Shown: piece by piece, positions 18,945-29,312 of the stretch
How positions within the stretch are numbered: the stretch's first letter is position 1
Layout: every line of letters begins with the position of its first letter
Origin: Nitrospina sp.
GTDB taxonomy: Bacteria > Nitrospinota > Nitrospinia > Nitrospinales > JACRGP01
Length of the DNA stretch: 64,000 bases
Direction of reading: 5' to 3'
Assembly (NCBI GenBank): GCA_024648695.1
Contig: JACAVV010000032.1
Span: 1 to 64,000 of the forward strand
Notes under the pieces: model-generated
Told to the model about the DNA's origin: nothing
Database searches by the model: none
What the model saw: only the letters and a program-made list of their open reading frames with translations
Position numbers and translations under genes: made by a program

Positions 18945-20320
18945 GATTCAAATTTATCTCCCAGTAAAAACCGAAATACATTGTCGACCCGGATGTGGGG
19001 AAGACCTTCTCCATTATTATCCATGTAGCGATGGGGCAAAAAATCAATGGTTTTGAAATTGATGTTGGACCATTCCTCTGGACGCGGAATATGGTCGGGG
19101 ACCTGTCCGGTGTATTGAATTCCTTTTTTGTCGTTGACCGGTTTACCCACGAGAACAGGTAATTGCATGCCTTCGTAATCGGTGACTGTGGTATTCGTGC
19201 ATTTCACCGAAGCGACAGTCATCGTTTTGGTTTCGATGTCCAGAAAGCGCACGTTGTTGTCGAGCTTGGTGACCATGGCTTTTAACAGGGCTTCATAATT
19301 ACGGTGTTGGTCGTTGGTGATGTGGTCGGCTTTCGTGCCTGCGAAAAGGAGCCGGTCAATCTTGATCCGGAACAGGCGATTCATGAATCCGGGTTTCACA
19401 AAATTATGGCTTTCCATAATCATTTGCAAGGCTTGAGACATGTCTTTAAAACACTCGTACCCGCAATTCAATGCATTCAAGGCATCGAACAGGACGATTT
19501 GGCGATCGAAACGCGCGAATTGTTCGCGGTAGAACTTTTCCACCACTTGCGACTTGTACGATTCATAACGTTTCTGCATGACGCTGTAATAACTGTCGCT
19601 ATTGTAATCGTGGTGGCCATTTTCCGGTTTGGAAAGAGGGCAAAACATAAGAATCGGTGCCCCTTCCAACTCCCCCGGTAAAATGAACCGGCCCGGTTGC
19701 AGGAAACTCAATCGATGGTTGGACTCCCGGCAACGCTTCAAAAATTTTGTATAAAGTTCACTGGCTTTTCTGCCTTTATCTTCATCAAAATCGTGGTGCG
19801 GAGGAATTTCCTCCATGTATTCCAACCATTCCAGGGCCAGTGTTCGCCGAGGTTCTTCCCGGCACTTTCCCAAAGTGAAAGTCGACCACTCCTCAAAAGA
19901 TTGTTTGAGCAGAGGCAGGTCCAACAGCCACTCGCCGGGATAATCGATGATATCCAGATTGATGACCCGCGACCCCCCTACTTTTTTCCTCCAACCCTCC
20001 CTGGGTGTGAAGCGGATAGCCAGGCGAATGGAACTGCTACCTTTAGTCGATTCGGGCCAACTTGGATTTTCCACGGATAATTTTTCAATCGCCTGATCGT
20101 AACGGAATTCGCGCAAAAGCAGGTCAGGATTACCAATGATTCGCGCGCCGATGAAATCGCTTTCGCTTATATTTTTCAGAAAAGGTTTGCCATGCAAAAA
20201 CTGATTGATCAGGGAAGTGATGAAAACCGTTTTACCACTGCCGCTCAATCCAGTGACGGCCAGGCGAATGGTTTCTTCAAAAGCCTTTTCGAACAGTTTT
20301 CCAATGGAGTGTTTGAACAT
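18941..20320 (-). CDS. ycjX: YcjX-family P-loop NTPase (DUF463).
   Basis: It has the N-terminal RLAVTGLSGSGKTVFITSLINQFL Walker A block, as in E. coli YcjX, and is 459 aa. It keeps the conserved pairing with ycjF. Confidence 0.8.
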   Translation of the reverse strand: MFKHSIGKLFEKAFEETIRLAVTGLSGSGKTVFITSLINQFLHGKPFLKNISESDFIGARIIGNPDLLLREFRYDQAIEKLSVENPSWPESTKGSSSIRLAIRFTPREGWRKKVGGSRVINLDIIDYPGEWLLDLPLLKQSFEEWSTFTLGKCREEPRRTLALEWLEYMEEIPPHHDFDEDKGRKASELYTKFLKRCRESNHRLSFLQPGRFILPGELEGAPILMFCPLSKPENGHHDYNSDSYYSVMQKRYESYKSQVVEKFYREQFARFDRQIVLFDALNALNCGYECFKDMSQALQMIMESHNFVKPGFMNRLFRIKIDRLLFAGTKADHITNDQHRNYEALLKAMVTKLDNNVRFLDIETKTMTVASVKCTNTTVTDYEGMQLPVLVGKPVNDKKGIQYTGQVPDHIPRPEEWSNINFKTIDFLPHRYMDNNGEGLPHIRVDNVFRFLLGDKFES

Positions 20321-20490
20321 GGGACATCCTCTTTAAACTTTGGGAGTGAGACAAAGGTAATACTATGGGGATGGGTCCAACGACCGGGAGGTCATTGGGG
20401 ATTGTTAATAACATGCGATCACGCTTTCAAGCGGATCTAAAAGCCCAGTATAGCATAGTTGATAAAAATGTCTTTTACAAAATCCCCAAA

Positions 20491-20964
20491 TTAAAAGCGG
20501 ATATTCACAAGTCCGAACTTCCTGTCCGTAGAAGACATTCGCTTGATTGCAGACAAAATAGGAGTGACCTGTTTGGATTGCACAAACCGTAAATCGGAGA
20601 CATGAAAACGGTTGTACAAAAAATGGCGGAGAGCGGTTGGCGTTTTGTGTTCGATACCCTTGCCATTCATCCAAAGGGTTTCGATTTTCCGTAACTGACC
20701 AGGAGTGGCCATTCCGGGTCGCCGGCCCAAATCATCGTAGGCTTTAGCTGGAATCTGGCGGGATTTTCCAGAGGTTTCGGTTGGGTCCGGATTCCATCCC
20801 TGAGATTTAAAATACCCTATGAGTTTGGCCGCTTCAAATGGAGTAAGTTCCAGGCTGGAATGCTTGTGAAAATGCATGTGTAAAATATCCCGGTAAACGG
20901 TATCCGATAAATGCAATTCCCTTAAAGCTATATGAATGACAGCTATTTGTCCCCTGGTAGGCAT
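20491..20964 (-). CDS. Phage Mu GemA-like (gp16/DUF1018) protein; an isolated phage-derived regulator homolog.
   Basis: It matches the DUF1018 blocks: IAVIHIALRELHLSDTVYRDIL, ELTPFEAAKLIGYFKSQGW, ATPGQLRKIETLW and ALRHFL..VSDLRFV. It has the ATG start with a GGAGG RBS. No other phage genes are nearby. Confidence 0.65.
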   Translation of the reverse strand: MPTRGQIAVIHIALRELHLSDTVYRDILHMHFHKHSSLELTPFEAAKLIGYFKSQGWNPDPTETSGKSRQIPAKAYDDLGRRPGMATPGQLRKIETLWMNGKGIEHKTPTALRHFLYNRFHVSDLRFVQSKQVTPILSAIKRMSSTDRKFGLVNIRF

Positions 20965-21217
20965 GACAAAACCTCCCTGGAACTAATTTAGTACCTGATT
21001 ATAAAATTCGCAAGCGGGAACGGCGAAAATATTTGTCCAAATAATGGTTCTAAGGAATGAATTCCAAAAAAACCAATTAATCCGTTAATTTCATGAACAT
21101 TTTAAAAAATGAGGAAAAGTCATTCCCCCCTCACCCCGGCCCTCTCCCCCTCGAGAGAAAGGATCAAGGCGATAGGGAATTTTGACCCTTCCCATTAGCT
21201 CCTGTTAAAGGAAGCTT

Positions 21218-23077
21218 TCAAGGTTGGCCATTCGCACTATTTCCCTGCTCACTACCCGACTGTTTGCTGGAATCCAGAAAGTCCCCCAAAATTCCCGCCG
21301 CACCTGCGAGATTGTTGGCTCCTCCTTCTCCCAGTGTGAACACACGTTCAGGAACAAATTTGTGGGCATTGGAAAGCGCGGCGGTCAAGACATCAGGATG
21401 GGCATCGAAGAAATCCATAACCGTTTTTAAAGTGATTTCGTATTTACGCAATTCCACAACCTTCTCGCGGCCCAAAACGCTCACTTGTTTTTCCTGGCCT
21501 CTGGCGATTAGTTCCAGTTTGTCCTTTTCGCCCTGTCCTTCGTTTTTGCGCGCCTTGGCAAACTCCTGGGATCGGCGCACTTCGATTTCCGCTTCCACCA
21601 GTTGCGGTTGCTTCTCTGCCGTGGCGCGGGCCTGCTCGGTTTTGATACGCTCGGCTTGCGCTTTCTTTTCCTGCAAAAATGCTTTCATCAATTGTTGAGC
21701 CAACTGCTCACGGCGGCGGGCTACCAACAGTTCCGGAGGTACGGACGGATACCCGAGGCGAATCTCCTTTATCTCGACACCGGCTTTGAGTCCTTCCGAA
21801 TAAATAATGTCTTTTACATTGGTCTGGATCAGTTCGCGGTTTTCGATCAGGTCTAGTACCTGGGTGGGGCGAATCACTTTTTTTATCATCACCTCGCCGT
21901 TCGCATTGAGTTGCGGTTGACCATCACTTTTCAAAATAGGAACAGGAACGATGATAGTTCCCCCACCAACGTTACGCACAATGGAACGAATGGCAGGAGT
22001 CAAAATCCGGCTTTCCACCTTTTCCAGTCCGCCCACCGAAGCAACCACGAAAGGCGCGTTTTTCGGAGTCACCTGCACCAATACCCGTAGTTCCTGCGGA
22101 ACATTCCATCCCTCAACTGTGACCATCACCGCCGGTCCTACTGCCGTTTCAGGAATGGGTACCTCGCGCGTCAACTCATTTTGCCTGATCTCACCCTGTT
22201 GCTCGACCGTCAAATCGATGGAGCGCAAGGAGTATCCGCCTTTATACTCCCAGGTTTGTACGCGTGTGTCTACTAGAGTGACATGATAGCCTTTCTTGTT
22301 GATATAGTACTTTCCCGGACGCAAAGCAGTTTCCCAAATTCCGATACAGCCCACTGGTACCAGGGGAACCGCCAGTTCCTCAGCTTCTGCAGATTTAGAA
22401 TGAGTGGCTTTGCATTCTTTTGGTTTATCTACTTTCAAATTACCAAACTCCACTCGGGAATACACGTTCGACTTCACGACTCCTACAAAGCCAGCGGGAA
22501 TATCAGTAACCTTGCCCGTTTGGACCGACCAGAGAAAATGATTCAGACGATATTTACCGGGGGTTAAGATCGAAGTTTGCGGTCCTTTTTGTCCGCCTTC
22601 GTTCAAAAACCTTTCAGCGTCATTCACCTGTTCAATGAATGTTGAAGGCGAAACCGCATCGGCATAGGTTTGATCCGGTCTTAGCGGTTTACCATCCAAA
22701 GCCATCAGAAAACCGTATTCGCCTTCAGGGATTTCTATGATCGGTTTTTTGGAAATGTCATTGATAATGTTCAGGAGAAATTCGAAATTGAAACCAGGTG
22801 GGAGGATACGTGCTTGAGGACCTTTTTCTCCCTCAAAGGCAATGATACGGCCAGAATGGAGTCCTTTCGCTCCGTAGATTTTAACCAGATGGCCCGTTTC
22901 ATCATCTTCAATATAAATAAAGGAAGTAGAAGCGATGACCAAAACCGCAATAAACAGGCATCCGCTACGAATCCACTTGTCCCAACGCAAGAGGTTTTTT
23001 GGAAGGATTCTGCTCCCCAGAAAAACGATAGCCAATAAAGCGGCAATCAAAACCGAATACATCACCAGATAAGCCAT
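21218..23077 (-). CDS. SPFH/band-7 domain protein, flotillin-like (YqiK-type), with an N-terminal TM anchor and a long C-terminal coiled coil.
   Basis: It has the N-terminal hydrophobic helix MAYLVMYSVLIAALLAIVFLG, a band-7 core, and an E/K/Q/A-rich heptad region (..EQLAQQLMKAFLQEKKAQAERIKTEQARATAEKQ..). There is an AGGAGG RBS, and the protein is 619 aa. Confidence 0.7.
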   Translation of the reverse strand: MAYLVMYSVLIAALLAIVFLGSRILPKNLLRWDKWIRSGCLFIAVLVIASTSFIYIEDDETGHLVKIYGAKGLHSGRIIAFEGEKGPQARILPPGFNFEFLLNIINDISKKPIIEIPEGEYGFLMALDGKPLRPDQTYADAVSPSTFIEQVNDAERFLNEGGQKGPQTSILTPGKYRLNHFLWSVQTGKVTDIPAGFVGVVKSNVYSRVEFGNLKVDKPKECKATHSKSAEAEELAVPLVPVGCIGIWETALRPGKYYINKKGYHVTLVDTRVQTWEYKGGYSLRSIDLTVEQQGEIRQNELTREVPIPETAVGPAVMVTVEGWNVPQELRVLVQVTPKNAPFVVASVGGLEKVESRILTPAIRSIVRNVGGGTIIVPVPILKSDGQPQLNANGEVMIKKVIRPTQVLDLIENRELIQTNVKDIIYSEGLKAGVEIKEIRLGYPSVPPELLVARRREQLAQQLMKAFLQEKKAQAERIKTEQARATAEKQPQLVEAEIEVRRSQEFAKARKNEGQGEKDKLELIARGQEKQVSVLGREKVVELRKYEITLKTVMDFFDAHPDVLTAALSNAHKFVPERVFTLGEGGANNLAGAAGILGDFLDSSKQSGSEQGNSANGQP

Positions 23078-23094
23078 TTTTACCTCCTGTTCAT
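22977..23094. repeat. Left copy of a 118-bp direct repeat. It covers the first 34 codons of the SPFH gene plus its RBS and leader. The partner lies at 30137-30254.
   Basis: Manual alignment gives 112 of 118 identities between 22977-23094 and 30137-30254, with weaker similarity continuing about 40 bp further. Confidence 0.9.
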
Positions 23095-23610
23095 TTAAGG
23101 GGATACATCACTATACCCTATACCAGGAAAGGTAGTCCCAATTTTTTCATTAACATTTAGGGTATCTATGGGCATTTAATTTTAAAAAACGAAACTTTAT
23201 TCCCAAAGGCGGATTGACTAGTTCAATCCTCCTTTGGTTTTTTTGTGGGATTGGGAAAGATTATTTTTTGGCTCATTCTCTTGTCAAGAATTCAGTTTTC
23301 TTCTGTTTCAATTCCCTTGGTAGATTTCAACCATATTGGTTCATCTCAACCAGCCTCACCTCAATCGCAAGTTTTCTCAAACTTTGAGCACAATTGTTTT
23401 GTTTTTCCTTTTTGTCTCCTTCAGGTCCATTTATTGAGCTCTCCTGGGAAAAGTAACAAGCTTGGAGTGAAAAATATGAACCTGGCATGCAAATTGTATT
23501 GAATACTACAGGAATACAAAACGATCGCTCGAAATACCAAGAAACAATATCTTTTGAATCATCCTGAACCCACAGGCTGTTGGAAGGGAAGGAAGGCCTA
23601 AACTAAATAT

Positions 23611-26445
23611 ATGAATAACAAACTCCTTATTAATGAAAAAATAATCAGGGCCTGGGCTTGGTCCGGTCTGGTTTGGCTCCTGATTTTCCCACTGGTAGGG
23701 GCACTGGTTTCTATTAAATTTCATCATCCAGAGTTCCTTGGAGAATTTTCCTGGTCCACTTTTGGGCGATTGAGGCCCGTTCATGTGAACGGCGTGATCT
23801 TTGGCGCATTTTCCACTGGATTTATTGCCCTTCTTTATTATGCCGTTCCCAGGTTGTGCGGACGTCGCATGGTTCTGGAGTCTCTGGGCTGGCCCCTTTT
23901 ATGGGCCTGGAACCTTTTTCTCGTTGCAGGAAGCATTTCGCTTTTACTGGGTTACAATCTCGGATTAGAAGCCGCAGAATTCGAATGGCCTCTGAATATC
24001 CTCAGGTTTGGAGTTCTCGGTGTAATCGCAATTCAGCTACTTGGAACAGCGTTTAACCGGAAGGAGCCCCGGTTTTATGTTTCCCTATGGTATATGACTG
24101 CCGCCTTTGTGTGGTCTGTTTTCAATCTCATACTGGGAAACTTGGTCCTGCCCTACGGTCCAATTTACGGTGTGGACAGCGCGGCAATGCACGGGCTCTA
24201 TATTCATTATGTCGTGGGGCTCTGGCTGACCCCCTGTGGACTGGCGATAATTTATTATTTTCTCCCTTTAAGCGTAAAACAATCGTTATTCAGCCATAAG
24301 CTTTCCCTGCTGGGTTTCTGGTCCCTGGCATTCTTTTACCCTTTTGTCGGGACACACCATTATTTGTTCAGCCCGATTTCCTATTGGGCCCAGACCATTT
24401 CCATTGTCACCAGCGTGTTGTTGATCATCCCTGTCTGGGTGGTCACGGTAAATTTTTTTGGAACCATGCGAGGTCGCTGGGGAACCATCCTGGGGGGCAA
24501 TGATGCTGACTCCTATTCCGCCAAGTTTCTTATCATGGGGACGCTTTATTACCTGATTGGTTGTTTCCAGGGTTCCATGGAAGCCCTTCGCCGAATGCAG
24601 GAACTCACCCACTTCAATGATTTTGTCATTTCCCATTCCCATCTCACCGTGTTTGGCGCCATGGTCTTGTGGGTGATTGGAGGGTTGTATTACGTCTGGC
24701 CGCGCTTGACGGGCCGGCAGTTGTGGAGTTCGCGGCTGGCAAGCTGGCATTTGTGGTTAACCCTTGTTGGCTTTTCCATAATGGCTTTGGGGTTAACCGC
24801 ACAGGGGTTTGTCCAGGGATCCATGCTGGAATACGGCGTCAATTTTGTCGACTCGGTGAAGGAAATGAAACCCTGGTGGGTGGCCCGCACCGTGGTAGGT
24901 CTCACTATGGATTTTGCTATCGGACTCATGGTGATTAATTTCTATATGACAGCAAAATCCGGCTCCTTGTTTTCTGAAGAGAAACAGGACAGCCGGGAGT
25001 CCATGCCCATGGAACAAAATCCTCGCCGCAATTGGCTAGAAACTCCGTCAACGGTGACGGTTGCCGCTGGAATTGGTTTCTTTTCTCTTGCCGTTGGGAT
25101 TCAGGGGATAACACCTCTGTTGATGAACACTCAAAATGTTGCAAGTGTCGATGACGCCGTAACTCACATTAAAGTGAAAGTCCCGCCATATACTCCTCAA
25201 ATGAAAAAGGGGCGGGAAGTGTATATCCGTGAAGGTTGCTGGTATTGCCACTCCCAATATGTAAGACCGGTAACCGGTGAAGAGTTCCGTTGGGGCCCAG
25301 TCTCACAGGCGGGAGAACATATCCACGACAGGCCACATTTGTTTGGAACCCGAAGGATCGGGCCCGATCTGACCCGGGTCGGACGTAAGTACAGCGATGG
25401 ATGGCACGCGGCCCATTACTGGAATCCACGTGAGGTGGTGCCTGATTCTGTTATGCCTCGGTTTCCCTGGTTGTTCAACATTAAAAAGGGTAAGACACCC
25501 GAGTTGAACGAAGATGGGAAAGCCCTGGTGGCCTACATCCAGCAACTGGGGACCCATATTGGAGACTGGCGGGAATCTTTTGTCTCCACACGCTTGACAC
25601 AGGGAATCGCGCTTAATTTTAAAAAAGTTTCTACCGGCAACCTTTTGACATTGGGAGAACAAGTTTACCTGAGGAGATGCCAGGGTTGTCATGGTATACG
25701 CGGTGATGGGAAAGGGCCGTCTGCAAAATTTTTGGATCCCAAACCACGTGATTTCACCAAAGGCGTTTTCAAGTTCGCCTCCACAATGGGGCCGAATTCA
25801 TTACCCACAGATTCCGATCTATTTAAAACCCTAACACACGGGTTATGGGGCACCGCCATGCCGGCCTGGTACAACCTGTCCGCCCAAAAACGGATCGCAG
25901 TTATTCAATACATCAAGACTTTTTCGGATCGGTGGAAAACTGTACCGTTAAAGGCCGGGATTACCGTTCCTCCGGAACCGGAGCTTACAGAATCCTCTCT
26001 CCAAATGGGGGAAAAACTGTTTCAAAATAATTGTGCCATGTGCCACGGTAAATACGGTCAAGGCGACGGCCCCCTGGCCGGAAATCTTCAGGATTTCTGG
26101 GACCAACCCATGAAACCGGCAGATTTTACTCGTCCCGCAGGAGAACCGGGTGGGGTTAAATTGGGTCACGACAGTGATCATCTTTACACAACCATCACCG
26201 TTGGAATCAAAGGGGAACCGATGCCGTCGTTTGGGGATCAGTTTTCCGACCGACAGGTTTGGGCCCTCGTCCACTTTGTGCAATCCCTAAGAAAAACCGC
26301 CATAAAAAAGGAGTTGCTCAAACGGGGAGCAGACCCGGAGGGTATGGACCGCGTTGATTCCATCATTATGGATTTTTTCCAGACGCCCACTCTAAAAGAA
26401 TACAAACCATCGGATGGTGAGGAGTCAAGGGACCGGGAAAACTAG
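23611..26445 (+). CDS. ccoNOP: cbb3-type cytochrome c oxidase with subunits CcoN, CcoO and CcoP fused in a single 944-aa polypeptide.
   Basis: Residues 1 to about 470 form a 12-TM heme-copper oxidase subunit I of the CcoN type. Residues about 480-640 carry a TM anchor plus the monoheme CcoO core (EGCWYCHSQYVRPV...GTRRIGPDLTRVGRKYSDGWHAAHYWNPREVVPDSVMP). Residues about 690-900 carry two CxxCH motifs (CQGCHGIRGDGKGP; CAMCHGKYGQGDGP), as in diheme CcoP. The reading frame is continuous across all three parts. Confidence 0.85.
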   Translation: MNNKLLINEKIIRAWAWSGLVWLLIFPLVGALVSIKFHHPEFLGEFSWSTFGRLRPVHVNGVIFGAFSTGFIALLYYAVPRLCGRRMVLESLGWPLLWAWNLFLVAGSISLLLGYNLGLEAAEFEWPLNILRFGVLGVIAIQLLGTAFNRKEPRFYVSLWYMTAAFVWSVFNLILGNLVLPYGPIYGVDSAAMHGLYIHYVVGLWLTPCGLAIIYYFLPLSVKQSLFSHKLSLLGFWSLAFFYPFVGTHHYLFSPISYWAQTISIVTSVLLIIPVWVVTVNFFGTMRGRWGTILGGNDADSYSAKFLIMGTLYYLIGCFQGSMEALRRMQELTHFNDFVISHSHLTVFGAMVLWVIGGLYYVWPRLTGRQLWSSRLASWHLWLTLVGFSIMALGLTAQGFVQGSMLEYGVNFVDSVKEMKPWWVARTVVGLTMDFAIGLMVINFYMTAKSGSLFSEEKQDSRESMPMEQNPRRNWLETPSTVTVAAGIGFFSLAVGIQGITPLLMNTQNVASVDDAVTHIKVKVPPYTPQMKKGREVYIREGCWYCHSQYVRPVTGEEFRWGPVSQAGEHIHDRPHLFGTRRIGPDLTRVGRKYSDGWHAAHYWNPREVVPDSVMPRFPWLFNIKKGKTPELNEDGKALVAYIQQLGTHIGDWRESFVSTRLTQGIALNFKKVSTGNLLTLGEQVYLRRCQGCHGIRGDGKGPSAKFLDPKPRDFTKGVFKFASTMGPNSLPTDSDLFKTLTHGLWGTAMPAWYNLSAQKRIAVIQYIKTFSDRWKTVPLKAGITVPPEPELTESSLQMGEKLFQNNCAMCHGKYGQGDGPLAGNLQDFWDQPMKPADFTRPAGEPGGVKLGHDSDHLYTTITVGIKGEPMPSFGDQFSDRQVWALVHFVQSLRKTAIKKELLKRGADPEGMDRVDSIIMDFFQTPTLKEYKPSDGEESRDREN

Positions 26446-26494
26446 ACGCAGATAAAACTCTAAATTATCACCTGAAATTTAAGGGGATGACTCC

Positions 26495-26707
26495 ATGAAA
26501 CAACTCAACCCGTCAAAAAGGGACGAAGAAGAAAAAGCGAAGAAGGAAAACACCGGGGAAATTTCCCGGAATTCAGAATATTGGTATCAAACGGCCGGAG
26601 TTCGAGAAAGGAGCGGGTATATTCCCCTCTGGTTGAAAATGGTCGCGATTGGCCTTCTCGTTTGGGCTGTGTACTACCTTCAAAAGTTTTGGACACCTAA
26701 CGGATGA
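26495..26707 (+). CDS. Small single-TM protein that follows the oxidase gene; possibly a cbb3 accessory subunit (CcoQ-like).
   Basis: It is a 70-aa ORF 50 bp after ccoNOP. It has a charged N-terminus (KRDEEEKAKKE) followed by one hydrophobic helix. Its position is analogous to ccoQ. Confidence 0.35.
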   Translation: MKQLNPSKRDEEEKAKKENTGEISRNSEYWYQTAGVRERSGYIPLWLKMVAIGLLVWAVYYLQKFWTPNG

Positions 26708-26773
26708 AGGAAGTGTGCCATGCCCTCGCAACCTTCCTAACAATGGTACAGGGGCGGAAAGGAATAACCCGGC

Positions 26774-27778
26774 ATGATGACTCTCGTTCTGCTGTTCGGA
26801 GTTTCAGTTCTGGTGATCACGGTTTCCGGGACCCGGATTGCCCAATTGGCAGAGGAAATTGCGGTTCAAACAGGATGGGGCCAGGCCCTTGTGGGAGCAG
26901 TTTTCATCGGAATTTCAACTTCTCTCTCTGGAACAGTATTGAGTTTCTACGCGGCCTCGCAATCCTATCCGTCGCTGGCTACCAGTAATGCAATAGGAGG
27001 CATTGCCGCCCAAACGGTTTTTCTTTCCATCGTCGATTTAACTTACAAAAAAGGGAACCTGGAACATGCCGCCGCATCCCTGGAAAATCTGGCCCAGAGT
27101 GCCCTGCTTTTGATTCTGTTGCCGATTCCTCTGTTGATTATGATGGGACCGGACTGGACCCTTTTCCATGTACACCCAGGCTCAATTTTGCTGGTTCTGG
27201 CCTACATCCTTGGATTGAATATTGTTCGCTCCATAAAATCCGATCCCATGTGGGAACCCAAATTTACCCGGGAAACCCAAAAGGAACGGGATTTGCCTCG
27301 GTATTCTTCCAGGTTGTTCCGCAAAACCATGGTCCGATTTTTCATTTATGCATTTCTTCTTGGGATGGGGGGATACATGCTTGCAGAAACGGCCGTCGAA
27401 CTGTCCCTTAAAACGGGATTGTCAGAAAGCGGTATTGGCGGCTTCCTGACTTCAGTCACCACCTCCCTGCCCGAACTTGTCACCGCAATGGCGGCGGTCC
27501 GCAGGGGGGCACTTAATCTGGCAGTGGGAGATATAATTGGCGGAAATTGTTTTGACGTTCTGTTTCTTGCAGGCGCCGACTTTTTTTTTACCTACGGTTC
27601 TATTTACCACGAAATGGAAGATTCGCATGTTTTACTGATCAGTATGACCATCCTGATGACCGGGGTGCTGACCCTGGGTTTGATTCGTCGGGAAAAAACC
27701 GGTCCGGCGGGTATTGGTTTTGAGAGCTTTATTATTTTGGGACTATATTTATTATTAGGAGTTCTAATGTTCGCATGA
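26774..27778 (+). CDS. Ca2+:cation antiporter (CaCA family, YrbG-like Na+/Ca2+ exchanger).
   Basis: It has two alpha-repeat signatures (GISTSLSG.. and TSVTTSLPELVTAMAAVRRGALNLAVGDIIGGN), 10 predicted TM helices and 334 aa. Confidence 0.75.
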   Translation: MMTLVLLFGVSVLVITVSGTRIAQLAEEIAVQTGWGQALVGAVFIGISTSLSGTVLSFYAASQSYPSLATSNAIGGIAAQTVFLSIVDLTYKKGNLEHAAASLENLAQSALLLILLPIPLLIMMGPDWTLFHVHPGSILLVLAYILGLNIVRSIKSDPMWEPKFTRETQKERDLPRYSSRLFRKTMVRFFIYAFLLGMGGYMLAETAVELSLKTGLSESGIGGFLTSVTTSLPELVTAMAAVRRGALNLAVGDIIGGNCFDVLFLAGADFFFTYGSIYHEMEDSHVLLISMTILMTGVLTLGLIRREKTGPAGIGFESFIILGLYLLLGVLMFA

Positions 27779-27841
27779 GGATATTCGGATTTTCAGGTCG
27801 CGAATACAAATGGACTACAAAACACCCAGAAGAGGAATACC

Positions 27842-29200
27842 ATGAGTACCAACCCTGTGCGCATAGTAGAAAAGAAAGCAGAAAAAATTCTATCTCCTTT
27901 TAATGCATTCATTGAAAGTCAATTTTCTACCAGCGTGGGATTGGCCATAGCCACCCTGCTAGCCATAGTGATTACCAATTCCACGCTGAATGAATCCTTT
28001 CAGACTTTGATTCATGCCAAAACGGGTTTTATCTACGAAGAAAAAACGCTACTGATGCCGGTAAAAGAATGGGTCAACAGTGGACTGATGGCCTTTTTCT
28101 TTTTCCTGTTGGGTCTTGAATTAAAACGGGAAGTATTTGCAGGAGAGCTCAAAGGACCTAAAAAATTCGGATTGGTCCTGATGGCCGCAATTGGAGGAAT
28201 GGTTCTGCCCGCCCTTTTTTTCAGCCTGTTAAACCTGGGATCGGAATATCAGATCGGATGGGCAATCCCGATGGCTACAGACACCGCATTTGCTATCGGG
28301 TTGTTGGGTTTTTTAACCAGAAAAGCGAGCCGCAATCTTTTTGTATTTCTGACGGGTCTGGCTATATTCGACGATCTGGGAGCGATTGTAGTTATTGCCA
28401 TTTATTATTCCAAAAATCTGGATATGACCGCCATGGGGACCGCATCTGTTTTTTTTGCACTACTAATAGTTAGTAATCTCTCAGGTTTTCGAAATGGATG
28501 GGTATATTTTCTTCTCGGTACTCTTTTTTGGTGGTATGTGCATGAATCTGGGGTTCACGGCACCTTGGCAGGCGTTCTGATAGCGCTATCCGTTCCTGCG
28601 AGAACCCGGTCCAGACCTAGCTTGTTTGCCGAAAGGGTCAAGCGTTTAGCATCGATATTTGCGAAACGAATGAAAAATGAAAAAACGGTTCTGGCCGACC
28701 AGGAACAGTTTAAATTGCTCAATGAGATAAAAAACAAATCGATGGCGGTTGCAACTCCATTACAGCGCTGGGAATCGAGCTTTGAAGCCCCTGTCGGACT
28801 TCTGGTTCTCCCCATTTTTGCTTTATGTAATGCAGGTATCCGGCTTTCAGAGCATAACCCAGAGAACATTATAACCTCGCCCCTGGCAATGGGGATTATC
28901 TTGGGCCTTGTGGTGGGAAAGCCCATCGGTATCTGGTTGTTTTCCTGGCTGGCTGTTCGTTCCGGTCTTGGAGTTTTGCCGACTGGAGTGACTTTCAATC
29001 AAATTTTGGGGTTGGGAATGCTGGCAGGAATCGGTTTCACCATGTCCCTTTTTATTAGTCTTTTAGCATTTCCAGAGGACCCAAACCTGGTGGAACAAGC
29101 GAAGCTGGGCATTCTTTTGGCAAGCCTTATTTCAGGAACCCTAGGTTTTTTCTGGCTGTCATGTCAAAAAGAAAAAACTGATCCTGAAAATACAAATTAG
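27842..29200 (+). CDS. nhaA: Na+/H+ antiporter NhaA.
   Basis: It has the NhaA hallmark FFFLLGLELKRE and the overall NhaA fold signature blocks, and is 452 aa. Confidence 0.85.
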   Translation: MSTNPVRIVEKKAEKILSPFNAFIESQFSTSVGLAIATLLAIVITNSTLNESFQTLIHAKTGFIYEEKTLLMPVKEWVNSGLMAFFFFLLGLELKREVFAGELKGPKKFGLVLMAAIGGMVLPALFFSLLNLGSEYQIGWAIPMATDTAFAIGLLGFLTRKASRNLFVFLTGLAIFDDLGAIVVIAIYYSKNLDMTAMGTASVFFALLIVSNLSGFRNGWVYFLLGTLFWWYVHESGVHGTLAGVLIALSVPARTRSRPSLFAERVKRLASIFAKRMKNEKTVLADQEQFKLLNEIKNKSMAVATPLQRWESSFEAPVGLLVLPIFALCNAGIRLSEHNPENIITSPLAMGIILGLVVGKPIGIWLFSWLAVRSGLGVLPTGVTFNQILGLGMLAGIGFTMSLFISLLAFPEDPNLVEQAKLGILLASLISGTLGFFWLSCQKEKTDPENTN

Positions 29201-29312
29201 ATGTCGCTCCAGAATCGCATGGGTTCCTTAACTTTTATAGATCCGGGAACTCGAAAATTCTTCCACTGAAAACTAAGGAGGATAAAAGAACTATCCCACA
29301 TTAATAATTAAT

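Noticed and set aside
23214-23229. TTGACTAGTTCAA, an FNR/CRP-like palindrome upstream of the cbb3 oxidase gene
   Set aside because: The half-site spacing is one base short of the TTGAT-N4-ATCAA consensus and the site is 380 bp from the ATG. It is not convincing without a genome-wide motif model.
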